64,000 nucleotides of DNA from a virus. Lineage: Duplodnaviria > Caudoviricetes. This document shows, in pieces, positions 48,505-57,831 of the stretch. The notes under the pieces are model-generated. The model worked only from the letters and a program-made list of their open reading frames with translations, was not told the origin of the DNA and did no database searches. Numbering within the stretch: position 1 is the first letter of the stretch; the number at the start of each line of letters is the position of its first letter. The stretch is from positions 1 through 64,000 of IMG/VR virus record IMGVR_UViG_3300025389_001023; one strand, written 5' to 3'. A program made the position numbers and the translations under genes.

Positions 48505-48993
48505 ATGCAATATATATCTTATCAAGGAATTTACGACGGCACTAACTTTGAAGACGCCGGTACACCTAATCAAATTGGAAAATCATTCAATAAAGGGTTT
48601 GCCACTGTTCAAAATGTTTGGAGAATAAATGGTCAAACATTTTTAGGTGTTTTTCAACCAATTACACCTGTAGCTGATACTTTTATACAAGGACCTAGAT
48701 TTTTTCTTAACGCAATGAACGATGAAATGCGTAATTGGTTACCAACGCAACCGGCAAAATTATATCCAAATTATTTTTCATTTCCCAACGCACAAGAAAA
48801 CACTCCTGTAACCACCAGCGGTGGACAGCTTATTACTCCTGGCACAGTTGCAATTAATAATAGTAGTATTATATTCCTTCCTGAAATTCAGGATCGTGGA
48901 ATGTATAGTACAATTAAATTACGTTGTTATGGTATATGTAGCAACTATGCTAGTTTTGCTAAACGTATTCGTAGCGTTAACTATTGGTGTTAA
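48505..48993 (+). CDS. Degenerate PLC/glycerophosphodiester phosphodiesterase-like protein
   Basis: Start MQYISYQG, 4 nt after GCTAAATA; ISxxG...TP.QI...GICSNY pattern. Confidence 0.5.
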   Translation: MQYISYQGIYDGTNFEDAGTPNQIGKSFNKGFATVQNVWRINGQTFLGVFQPITPVADTFIQGPRFFLNAMNDEMRNWLPTQPAKLYPNYFSFPNAQENTPVTTSGGQLITPGTVAINNSSIIFLPEIQDRGMYSTIKLRCYGICSNYASFAKRIRSVNYWC

Positions 48994-49157
48994 CCACCAC
49001 GACCTGTTCTACGCACTACAGTTGGGCCACCAAAACCCTTGGTATTCATTTTTTTAATTTTACCTTCATTTGGTTTAGCATTGGGAATACTATTTTTCTT
49101 TTTAGCTTCATTGGCTAAGTTAATGAATGGGTTTTTGCTTTTCTTTTCTTCTGTCAT
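48990..49157 (-). CDS. Small basic disordered protein ending RRTGRGG
   Basis: 55-aa ORF read manually; ATGA-coupled to 49154-49540. Confidence 0.6.
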   Translation of the reverse strand: MTEEKKSKNPFINLANEAKKKNSIPNAKPNEGKIKKMNTKGFGGPTVVRRTGRGG

Positions 49158-49540
49158 TTTCGTACCTTTATTGAATCTAAGTAACTATGTATGTCACCGT
49201 ATAGTGTCATAACCACAGCAATTTTACTATCGTACAATCTTATGTACATGTGTTTTTTCTTGCTGTCATTAGTATTTACGCCAATGTAATATGGGCATTT
49301 GATTTTCTTACTACAGTCAAGAATAAACTTATGCCAATTATCTTGCTTGATTTCAATCGGTAATTCGTAGAATTCTATTTCAGCATGGCGAAATGCCATA
49401 TCACCCATTGGGGACAATCTTAATGTTTCGCTTGATTTGGTTAACCACCAATCCTGTATCACTTGCTGTAGTGAATGTTCCGTGGATGGTAATTGTGCTA
49501 GTACTGCTTTGGTGATGGACTCTTTAGTCTGTTCATTCAT
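49154..49540 (-). CDS. Hypothetical protein
   Basis: ORF track. Confidence 0.65.
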   Translation of the reverse strand: MNEQTKESITKAVLAQLPSTEHSLQQVIQDWWLTKSSETLRLSPMGDMAFRHAEIEFYELPIEIKQDNWHKFILDCSKKIKCPYYIGVNTNDSKKKHMYIRLYDSKIAVVMTLYGDIHSYLDSIKVRK

Positions 49541-49826
49541 CTGGGTACACAGTTGTACCGTTATTTAAAAATACAACTGTAAATTTATTAGTTTTAAACT
49601 GGTTATTTAATTTTCTGCATAAATTACGTGCATGACCAGGATTACTAAAACTTGTTTTCTTATATTTAGGTGCAACTTCATTATTTAAATAATGTTGACT
49701 TTTTAGATTAATAGGTTGTCTATCATAGAACACAGCCCATATACCGCTGGCTTCTACGATTTGGTCGCATTTATATGTTTTTTTGTCTACAAGTTCAAGT
49801 AATACTTTAGGTTGGGTTCTACTCAT
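49533..49826 (-). CDS. Conserved phage protein
   Basis: MSRTQPKVLL...PKYKKTSFSNPGHARNL. Confidence 0.7.
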   Translation of the reverse strand: MSRTQPKVLLELVDKKTYKCDQIVEASGIWAVFYDRQPINLKSQHYLNNEVAPKYKKTSFSNPGHARNLCRKLNNQFKTNKFTVVFLNNGTTVYPDE

Positions 49827-50020
49827 TTGAATGAACCTCCGTTAACTTGAATTTGAATTATTTCTTCAGGTTTATTTTTTGTGTCGGTCTGCATATCTAC
49901 CAATAGTTTAGCCAACTCATCACGAAGACCTCTAGCTTCCGTCAATGGAATTACTACGTCTTTACCTTGTCTACTATCAACGCTGGCTACTCTATCAATA
50001 AATTTTTTAATGTTAATCAT
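49823..50020 (-). CDS. Hypothetical protein
   Basis: GATAAATA 6 nt upstream; C-terminal GGSF. Confidence 0.65.
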   Translation of the reverse strand: MINIKKFIDRVASVDSRQGKDVVIPLTEARGLRDELAKLLVDMQTDTKNKPEEIIQIQVNGGSFK

Positions 50021-50480
50021 TGTCAGTATTTATCATGCTCAAGGCTTCGGCCTCTGTTTTATAAGGTCCCATATATGGGTATCGCTGAATGAAAATATAT
50101 TTAGGACAGAACACCAATTCTGGTTCACTACCTTGTTCCAATATATACCACCCTGCCGCAAGATAGCACTTGCTTTTTGCAGTTGGTGTGAACAAGTGTA
50201 TCTTACGCTTAATATCCACCATTGAATTAAAAACACGTTTTGGAGTAGGATATTCACTTAACGGTAGTTCTTTCTTTGATTTTATTTCAGTTGGTCTTTG
50301 AAATTCGATTTTTGTTTGTTTTTGAATAGTTGACGTATTCTTATAAAACTGTTTATTTCCGTTTAACTTTACCTCAAAGCCACTACCTTCAGCCAATACA
50401 TTACCTACCTTTTCGTTACCATCAGTAACGATCCAAAATTGATTTTTAACTACAGGCTTAGCTATTAATGTCTTTGTCAT
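50013..50480 (-). CDS. Conserved phage protein
   Basis: AKPVVKNQFWIV...AAGWY...FCPK...YPYMGPYKT. Confidence 0.7.
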   Translation of the reverse strand: MTKTLIAKPVVKNQFWIVTDGNEKVGNVLAEGSGFEVKLNGNKQFYKNTSTIQKQTKIEFQRPTEIKSKKELPLSEYPTPKRVFNSMVDIKRKIHLFTPTAKSKCYLAAGWYILEQGSEPELVFCPKYIFIQRYPYMGPYKTEAEALSMINTDND

Positions 50481-50551
50481 GTTATTTCCTCATTCTTTTG
50501 ATAGTAACAGAATATGTTATTGTTTACAAGTATTATGGTTACCAACATAAA

Positions 50552-50788
50552 TTATTTTTCTAACTGTTCCCAGGCCCAATCACTTTCCTTAAGGTATGCA
50601 ACTGGTTTAAGCCAACCATGTTTAATACATTCCTGAATAAGACTTTGGTAATTCTCAGGGCATCTATTACTAATCTCAAGTCCTGCTCTAGGGGTTAATG
50701 TAACGTTATCATGGCTCATGAACCAATCAGGATCATTTGGAGTAAGTTTTTTAATTTTAGAATTTGAATTAGAATAGGTAACTGTCAT
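50552..50788 (-). CDS. Hypothetical protein
   Basis: ORF track. Confidence 0.55.
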   Translation of the reverse strand: MTVTYSNSNSKIKKLTPNDPDWFMSHDNVTLTPRAGLEISNRCPENYQSLIQECIKHGWLKPVAYLKESDWAWEQLEK

Positions 50789-51018
50789 AGTTGAAATTTT
50801 TTCAAATAGTCTTTAGCCATATCGTAATTATCCATAGCATCATCTATTAGTGTTAATACTAATAAATTTTTTAACTGTTCAGCCATTTGTGCCTCTTCAA
50901 GTGTAATGCTATCAAGCCAATCTTGATAATCTTGGTATGTTTCAATACTCCACATCATGTCAAGCATTTGAACCTGTTCGGGTGTAAGGCCATGGATTTC
51001 AATATCTCGTTCACTCAT
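50785..51018 (-). CDS. Hypothetical protein
   Basis: Start MSERDIE coupled to the rnh stop. Confidence 0.6.
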   Translation of the reverse strand: MSERDIEIHGLTPEQVQMLDMMWSIETYQDYQDWLDSITLEEAQMAEQLKNLLVLTLIDDAMDNYDMAKDYLKKFQL

Positions 51019-52013
51019 ACTAATTCTCCTACATAAGGATTGTTTAACCATTTTGCGTAGGTCTCTGCCTGTTCGCTAATTTTTGATAACTCATACTTGC
51101 CACAGAAACGCATGAAGTGTACGCCCACTTGCGGAGTAACAGTAGTACGTACTGTTTCACGAATGCGTTGGTCAACTGCATCCTTAATATCTTGTGGTTG
51201 TGCAGTTAAGTCAATAAGTGTACGATTGCGTTCGTAGTCCTCACGCACACGATGCTCAACACCATCATGGTCTACCCAACGTTGCAACATCATGTTATTC
51301 CAATTAAAGCCCTGTTTGTTGCGATCCTCGTAAGCCTCGACCAATCCAACTTTGTTTTTGCTACCTTTAGTACGCACACCTGGATATGCACTAAACACGT
51401 TGTCACTTGCATCACCACGCATACATTTTTCAAATAAATGAAATTTGGGATCACCCAACAGTTTAGCTTCTTTTGTTTTCTTGTCTACAATCAATTTACC
51501 TTTTTCGTCATGATAGCCCTCAAGAGTAATAAATTGATTTGTTATACCATTATATTGAAAAACATGTTGGTCAATTAATTGGATGTAATCCGTGTCGCTA
51601 CTGATGATGTAGTGTTGGTCCTCAGGATGCAAATGGATGAAACGTGCAATTAAATCATCAGCCTCAGCACGTTCGTGACGTAATACACTTACGTTGGTCT
51701 TTTCCTTAAGGAACGTAGTGAATAATTCATACGTTTCCCAAAACATTTTGTTTTCCTCAACCTCAGCCTCTGTTTGCTGAGTGGCGTCTACAATACGATT
51801 TTTCTTGTAAGGACCATAATAGTCTTTGCGCCATGAACGACCTTCTAAACAGAATACAACATGGCCAATCCCAAACTTGCGTACAACTTGATTTACACTT
51901 GCAAGTGTTAAGTGTAGTGCCATACCGATCTTTTCTTCTGTTGTACTATTGCGACTTGCAATGTGACGGGCACGGAAGAATGTGTTAGCTGTGTCAATGA
52001 GTGCGTATTTCAT
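51015..52013 (-). CDS. rnh: T4-like RNase H / 5'-3' flap exonuclease
   Basis: LIDTAN, SWRKD..YKKNR, EADD, SSDTD and GDASDN. Confidence 0.92.
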   Translation of the reverse strand: MKYALIDTANTFFRARHIASRNSTTEEKIGMALHLTLASVNQVVRKFGIGHVVFCLEGRSWRKDYYGPYKKNRIVDATQQTEAEVEENKMFWETYELFTTFLKEKTNVSVLRHERAEADDLIARFIHLHPEDQHYIISSDTDYIQLIDQHVFQYNGITNQFITLEGYHDEKGKLIVDKKTKEAKLLGDPKFHLFEKCMRGDASDNVFSAYPGVRTKGSKNKVGLVEAYEDRNKQGFNWNNMMLQRWVDHDGVEHRVREDYERNRTLIDLTAQPQDIKDAVDQRIRETVRTTVTPQVGVHFMRFCGKYELSKISEQAETYAKWLNNPYVGELV

Positions 52014-52039
52014 TTATAACCTTAAGATAATATACGTAT

Positions 52040-52068
52040 ATTATACGCAAAGTTTGAATTGTTGTCAA
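52040..52068 (-). promoter_or_regulatory. Sigma70 promoter
   Basis: TTGACA-N17-TATAAT upstream of rnh. Confidence 0.8.
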
Positions 52069-52074
52069 TAAACA

Positions 52075-52563
52075 TTAGATTTTTTGGGTTACTTCATCAA
52101 ATGAGCATAGATATTTTGTTAATTTACCCGAAATATTTCCGTTCTTTTCACGTATTGTAAATTTAAGTGCATCACTACCTATTGCATATTGTTGATAGGC
52201 CTCATAAGGTATAAGCAAAAACCACACGTGATGGTGAGTGTCCCCGGGCAAACACAAACATACTCGTAATGGTCCTATTTTAGTTCTAATATTACCTACA
52301 GAAACTTCGTACACATTATCTTTTCTTTTATAGAAGGTTCCCCATTTGGCATCGGAACCATCCAAAAAATCTCTACCAACAGCATTTTTGGTTAATAGTT
52401 TGGTATGGCTACTCATTGCTTTTTGTAGAACTTCTTCCCAAAAATGCCCCTTGTTAATATTGGCACTACTTTTGTACATTTGTTCCATTATATAATTTCT
52501 AGTAGCATATGGTTTATCACCATGAAGATAATCTACTAATTGATGCAAAAAATTAATTTTCAT
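52075..52563 (-). CDS. Hypothetical protein, possible PD-(D/E)xK nuclease
   Basis: FWEE...RDFLDGSDAK pattern. Confidence 0.45.
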   Translation of the reverse strand: MKINFLHQLVDYLHGDKPYATRNYIMEQMYKSSANINKGHFWEEVLQKAMSSHTKLLTKNAVGRDFLDGSDAKWGTFYKRKDNVYEVSVGNIRTKIGPLRVCLCLPGDTHHHVWFLLIPYEAYQQYAIGSDALKFTIREKNGNISGKLTKYLCSFDEVTQKI

Positions 52564-52611
52564 AAAACCTTTCTGATTAAAACCTGTATTCTACGTAGAA
52601 GTTAATTAATG

Positions 52612-53043
52612 TCAACTAATTTCAGTACGCCCGTTACCCAAATCTTTTTGTCTTACTACACGCATGTCTGTTGGCATTACACGATTCTCTGGATCAGCTT
52701 GTTGTTGTTCATACATCTCTAGCGCAATATTTCTGCACACAGTTTGGAACCAGCGGTCCACAATCATAGCATCAGTATCATCCTCACGAATCTTGTATCC
52801 TGCACGAATTAAGTTTAATACAAACTTATCATTCCAATCTAATTCAAATGCACCACTATTAATATCATACGGGTCAATCTCCATCTTTAATACATTAACA
52901 TAAGGTTGATTGTTTTTCTCAGCTAATTCTTTTTCGCTAGGTGATGTATCCTTAGGTGCACGTGGTTTGCGTGGTTTCTTAACCTTTGGTTCTTCTACCT
53001 TAACAGGTTCTGGTTTCTTTTTGAATATATCAAATAATCCCAT
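52612..53043 (-). CDS. Conserved phage protein
   Basis: Start MGLFDIFKK; GAFELDWND.FV..L..AGY...IVDRWF. Confidence 0.7.
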   Translation of the reverse strand: MGLFDIFKKKPEPVKVEEPKVKKPRKPRAPKDTSPSEKELAEKNNQPYVNVLKMEIDPYDINSGAFELDWNDKFVLNLIRAGYKIREDDTDAMIVDRWFQTVCRNIALEMYEQQQADPENRVMPTDMRVVRQKDLGNGRTEIS

Positions 53044-54070
53044 GTGTCTTTGCCTTTTCATATAATTTAAAACTTGCAAGATTTTTAGCCTTGCTTTCGC
53101 ACATTATATCAGCCCATTCATAATGTGTCAATGCCCAATCATTTACTGCATCATTCCAGTAATAGTCACTATGGGCACGTAATTTTTGTTTGTTGTGACC
53201 ACTCTCAATCAAGGGTGCAAGAGCGGGGCGTCCATGTTTGGTATGCTCAGTAAGTACATCTTCACGGCTGACGGAGTAATGTATAGTAGGACGCAGACCG
53301 CGCCAGCTATCAATAATTTTTTTAATACGGCTATCGTTGCTTTCAATATATTCTCCAGTTTTAATCCAGTGATGATGTATGTCTAAGACCAAAGCGAGAT
53401 CCTTTGCGAGTTCCAGGGTGCTGTCAAGTCCCCATGACATTTCTTCGTTTTCGATTGTGATTGTGTTTCTTGCTTCGGGGGTAAGGCGTTTGAGGGCAGA
53501 GCGGATACCTTCGGGACCGGCTCGACCCGATATGTGTACATTGATTTTAATGTCTTGAAATTGTTTACCGTACCCCATCCAACGTGCCATATCGACATGA
53601 TATTCAAACTCCTCTATACTCTTATTTACTACCTCAGGACGGTCACTTGCTAAAACAACAAATTGGTCAGGGTGAAAACTTAGTTTAACATCATTGGCAC
53701 GTGCAGTTTCACCAATTGGTGCCATCCAACGCTCTAAACTGTTTTGTACATCGGTAGATTTCCAAAAGTCACGATAGTCTTCATGTGTATAAAAACTAAA
53801 CATATCACTTGTAAGACGAACCATGCGTAGTTCAGGAGCTAGTGTTGCTACCTTTTTAACAAGATTATGTGTGTTCATAATATTGCTTTTTGCAACATCT
53901 AAGATTTTTTGCTCTACAATATCACGTTTGTTACGCTTTGCCCATGCAAGAGTCGTGCCACCTGTGTTGAGTCCGTCAACACTGGCTATCTCGCCCTTCT
54001 TATTAATCTCTGCCCATTTACATGCAAAGCCGATACGTTTGATAGATTGATTTGTCAAGATAATGTCCAA
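53030..54070 (-). CDS. uvsE: UV damage endonuclease
   Basis: RIGFACK, RLTSD, SFHPDQF, INVH, IENEE, LDIHHH, HYS, AHSD, MCESKAKN. Confidence 0.93.
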   Translation of the reverse strand: MDIILTNQSIKRIGFACKWAEINKKGEIASVDGLNTGGTTLAWAKRNKRDIVEQKILDVAKSNIMNTHNLVKKVATLAPELRMVRLTSDMFSFYTHEDYRDFWKSTDVQNSLERWMAPIGETARANDVKLSFHPDQFVVLASDRPEVVNKSIEEFEYHVDMARWMGYGKQFQDIKINVHISGRAGPEGIRSALKRLTPEARNTITIENEEMSWGLDSTLELAKDLALVLDIHHHWIKTGEYIESNDSRIKKIIDSWRGLRPTIHYSVSREDVLTEHTKHGRPALAPLIESGHNKQKLRAHSDYYWNDAVNDWALTHYEWADIMCESKAKNLASFKLYEKAKTHGII

Positions 54071-54073
54071 AGT

Positions 54074-54118
54074 GATAAATAATATACATATAGTAACACA
54101 TACGGCTTTTTAAGTCAA
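54074..54118. promoter_or_regulatory. Overlapping divergent promoters: + late GATAAATA (54074-54081) and - sigma70 TTGACT-N17-TACTAT (54090-54118)
   Basis: Motifs read directly between uvsE and the Gp88-like gene. Confidence 0.6.
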
Positions 54119-54133
54119 TAAAAAAGGAACAAC

Positions 54134-55408
54134 ATGAAATTTATAGAATTATTTGAGGGTGCAACGCCCAAATTACCAGGCGCTCCTAAGGGAGTTGACA
54201 TTATGACTCCTGAGCAATTTTTAGCCAAAAGTGCGAAAGGTGAAGAACCCGGTCCTGAAGAGGATGTAGATGAGGCAACAAAACTACCTGCACCAAGTCG
54301 TGAATTTGGCGACCAAGAATTCCAAGACTATTTAAAACGTACAGTTGGTACACCTGATATTGATAAAAAGACAGGTAAGGTTAAAGTAGATAAAAAGGGT
54401 AAAGAAAAGTATGTGTCTGGTAAATTAAAAACAGACAAGTATAAACTACCATACATTCACCGTAGTAGTGCTATCAAGTATTATAGCCCTGAAGAAAAAC
54501 GCTACGACCCAGAACAAGTTAAAGATGTGCTTAAACAACGTCCTAAAAAGTTATTAAAGCAAAACGAAAAGATGAAACACAGTAACGGAGAATTAGAACA
54601 ATTCTTCAATATTGGTTTTGCCGCATTGGTAGGTGTTGCTGTAGATGAAGCTACAGATAAATTGATTATTGTTAACACATGTCCTGGTGCTGGTAGCTGT
54701 AAAATTGATTGCTTTGCAATGGGTGGTGGTAAGATTCAATATGAAGCTCCTTGGCAAAGTGATGGTAAAATATTAACATATCTATTAAACGATCCAGAAG
54801 GTTTCTTTAATCAACTAAGCGCAGAAATTGCAAAAGAAGAAAGCGATGGTAAAAAGGGTGGTTACAAGGTAAGTATTCGTTGGCACGATGCTGGTGACTT
54901 CTTTAGTCCAGAGTACATGGATTTAGCGTTCAAGTTAGCTAACAAGTTCCCTGATGTAGACTTCTATGCTTATACTAAAATGGCAGGTGCGGCATTAGGT
55001 GCTAAGCCAAAGAACTTTATTATCAACTGGAGTGAAGGTGCTCATACTAGCCAAGAGAAACAAGTTAAAGCAAAGGATCCTAACTTACAACAGACTAAGA
55101 ACAGTCGCATTGTTCCTGATGATGTATTCCAAGACTTATTGGTTAGAAATGAAAAGGGTAATTTAGAAAAAGGACCTAATGGTCAATGGCAAGTACAACC
55201 TGATAAACTACCTGAACTAAAACAACGTTTAGCAAAACAGTATAACGTTAGTGCTAATTCAATATTGAGTTATGATGAGTGGGAACAAAAAACCAATCGC
55301 GGTAAGAAAGCAACACCAGTTAAGTACAACGTTATTGTAGCACCGGGTGAGCCAGACTTATCAGCAAACTCACTAGGTGTACTAGGTACATTCTTACTAA
55401 AGCATTAA
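54134..55408 (+). CDS. Gp88-like (radical-SAM-related) phage protein
   Basis: NEKMK, TCPGAGSCKIDCFA, IRWHDAGDF and FYAYTK. Confidence 0.75.
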   Translation: MKFIELFEGATPKLPGAPKGVDIMTPEQFLAKSAKGEEPGPEEDVDEATKLPAPSREFGDQEFQDYLKRTVGTPDIDKKTGKVKVDKKGKEKYVSGKLKTDKYKLPYIHRSSAIKYYSPEEKRYDPEQVKDVLKQRPKKLLKQNEKMKHSNGELEQFFNIGFAALVGVAVDEATDKLIIVNTCPGAGSCKIDCFAMGGGKIQYEAPWQSDGKILTYLLNDPEGFFNQLSAEIAKEESDGKKGGYKVSIRWHDAGDFFSPEYMDLAFKLANKFPDVDFYAYTKMAGAALGAKPKNFIINWSEGAHTSQEKQVKAKDPNLQQTKNSRIVPDDVFQDLLVRNEKGNLEKGPNGQWQVQPDKLPELKQRLAKQYNVSANSILSYDEWEQKTNRGKKATPVKYNVIVAPGEPDLSANSLGVLGTFLLKH

Positions 55409-56235
55409 ACTTTTAGTAACTCTTCCATAGTGTAGAGATTTCTCATATAGGGCGATACATCTTTTAATACATAATAATCGATGTCGCCCTTTCTTCTTGG
55501 GCCTACTTTTGTAAGTAAATCCTTGTTAGGAATGTTATTGACTTCTCTAAACATCTTTACAATCTCACCAACGCTATAACCTACACCATGACCCAAGCAT
55601 TCAATTTGATTTGCAGGGTTTCCGATTGCTGTACGTAATGCATCACATACTTCATTAACATGAACATAGTCACGCACACATGTGCCGTCTACTGTGTCAT
55701 AATCATTACCATTGATGGTAAAATACCCTTGTTCACGTGCCTTCATTAAGTTGTACATCAATCCATCAGGGTTAGTTGGTTGATAGCCATCACTACCAAT
55801 CACGTTATAGAATCTAAAGATTGTATATGGTGTGGGTTTATGTTGTGTATAAAACTCACGTATCACATCTTCTGCCGCACGTTTGCTTACACCATATGGA
55901 CTAACACAATGTTCTGCGGCACCTGTACTTGCAAAGATAAAGTTTTTTGTTTTAATCTTATTGATTACATTCATAGTACCATTTAAGTTAGTGATGTAGT
56001 ATGTTAATGGTTGTTTTTCACTTTCACCTACATTAACCAATCCTGCTAAATGAATGACACAATCAAATTCTTCTTCGATAGCAAATTGTTTTCTAATATC
56101 AATATGATAATGATTTTTTACTGGATGCTGTGGTGCACGAAAATCTAATCCATATACCTCACAATCACTTTCTAACATTTTAGTTAGATGACTACCAATG
56201 TAACCGCTGTTACCTGTGATTAAAACCTTTTTCAT
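55405..56235 (-). CDS. galE: NAD-dependent epimerase (UDP-glucose 4-epimerase-like)
   Basis: TGNSGYIGSH, HLAG, YGVSK, RFYNV and DGTCVRDYVHV. Confidence 0.88.
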   Translation of the reverse strand: MKKVLITGNSGYIGSHLTKMLESDCEVYGLDFRAPQHPVKNHYHIDIRKQFAIEEEFDCVIHLAGLVNVGESEKQPLTYYITNLNGTMNVINKIKTKNFIFASTGAAEHCVSPYGVSKRAAEDVIREFYTQHKPTPYTIFRFYNVIGSDGYQPTNPDGLMYNLMKAREQGYFTINGNDYDTVDGTCVRDYVHVNEVCDALRTAIGNPANQIECLGHGVGYSVGEIVKMFREVNNIPNKDLLTKVGPRRKGDIDYYVLKDVSPYMRNLYTMEELLKV

Positions 56236-57569
56236 TATAATCCTTCAAATAGTGACAGACCAGTAGCCTCTTCCACGGGTTCAAAGCTAGGGTCTTTTGT
56301 TAAGTATGTGTTATCGTCTGTGTATATAATACGGAACTTATGTTTATTTGTCAATACACTACGGATATCATCAATACAAATTACTTTACGATTTAAACTT
56401 TTAATAAAGTTGTCAACGGTGATAGTAGTTTCTTCACAAATTTTTGCTGTATTGGTAGTAGACTGTTTACCATTAAAATCATTAAAGCAAACGTTCCATT
56501 TATGAAATACATCTTTTTCCAAACTAACTGAATGGTCCAGTGATCCTTTATTATACCAATCATTACTAGTTACAAACATATCATACGCACCTTTAACATC
56601 AGATGCCATAGATTTTTTGTTTGTCTCAAAGAAAAAATGTCCATCAAAGTTTTTAGTCCAACGTTGATTTTCTAAACAGAAAGTGGGTAGTTGTGTAATC
56701 TGCTCATAAAATGCCATACCATAGCTTTCAACTGTGCTAGGATTAAACGCAACTCTACAACTTGTAATGAAGTCTACTTTTTCTTTACCAATGATACTTT
56801 CTTTAATGATATAATCAACACCAATCTTTTTTAATCTGTCTTCAAATTTTTTAGCACCATTGCTATTGGTCATTACTCTTGCAGGTAAGTTGGTCTGTTC
56901 AATAAGTTCCAAGTATAATTCAGGATTCTTACCTTCTTCCCAACGACCGACAAACAATACACCTTCACGTGGTTTATTGTGTTCTTCTAATAATGATTGT
57001 TCTGTAATAGGAATAGGCAAATGATAAGCATTATCAAACTGTAATTGATTAAACTTGCTTTGTGTTCCTATAAACACATTGTCAGTTTGTAACTGTTGTC
57101 TCATTAATACATTGGTATTATACAAGAATGGATTTTTAGTATCTTTAAAAATCTGACTTTCCAAATGAGTATACGCAATGATTTGAATGCAGTCATCAAG
57201 CCCCATTGTACTTGCTACTTGTACAGTTTCATATGTGTTGCAAACAAATGCATCATACAAGTTATGTTCCAATGCCTCTACAATAGCATTTCGAAAGTTA
57301 GCCATACGCTCATAACAAAATGTATCTCCATACATAAAGATACTGCTATGGTCGGTATACTTTAATGATTCAACTGGGGCAATGATATTTGCTTTTAATG
57401 ATTTAACAAACTCAGTATTTTGTGGTTGTTTGTCTGTAATGATATCAACCTTGACACCATGACTATCCATAAGTTCACAAAAACTTCTAGCAAATTGACC
57501 AATACCACCATGTGGAATTAATGTTTGATAGCTAACTAAAAAACCAATGCGTTTACTGTACGTTCTCAT
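56235..57569 (-). CDS. GT-B glycosyltransferase (GT4-like)
   Basis: PHGGIG, LFVGRWEEGKNP and PSTVESYGMAFYE. Confidence 0.85.
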   Translation of the reverse strand: MRTYSKRIGFLVSYQTLIPHGGIGQFARSFCELMDSHGVKVDIITDKQPQNTEFVKSLKANIIAPVESLKYTDHSSIFMYGDTFCYERMANFRNAIVEALEHNLYDAFVCNTYETVQVASTMGLDDCIQIIAYTHLESQIFKDTKNPFLYNTNVLMRQQLQTDNVFIGTQSKFNQLQFDNAYHLPIPITEQSLLEEHNKPREGVLFVGRWEEGKNPELYLELIEQTNLPARVMTNSNGAKKFEDRLKKIGVDYIIKESIIGKEKVDFITSCRVAFNPSTVESYGMAFYEQITQLPTFCLENQRWTKNFDGHFFFETNKKSMASDVKGAYDMFVTSNDWYNKGSLDHSVSLEKDVFHKWNVCFNDFNGKQSTTNTAKICEETTITVDNFIKSLNRKVICIDDIRSVLTNKHKFRIIYTDDNTYLTKDPSFEPVEEATGLSLFEGL

Positions 57570-57570
57570 T

Positions 57571-57831
57571 TTAATTATATTTTATATTAAACTTATCTTT
57601 AATGCTTTTTACACAACGTTGTTTGGTTCCTTCAATCATGCTTTTATCATAGGTTGTGTATGTTAACTCTGTTACCAGTGTTTCATTTATAGCATCAATA
57701 CATTCTTTGATAAGCAATTCTGCAAAATCTTGTAATTTTTTATCACTAACATCTTCGCCATAAAAATCACCGTCATCAGCTACACCATAAAAGCCTGCTC
57801 GTTCACCTAATTGTTTAATTTTTTCATTCAT
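57571..57831 (-). CDS. Orphan member of the MNE...FAELLI..EC family
   Basis: MNEKIKQLGERAG...FAELLIKEC...IKDKFNI. Confidence 0.7.
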   Translation of the reverse strand: MNEKIKQLGERAGFYGVADDGDFYGEDVSDKKLQDFAELLIKECIDAINETLVTELTYTTYDKSMIEGTKQRCVKSIKDKFNIKYN

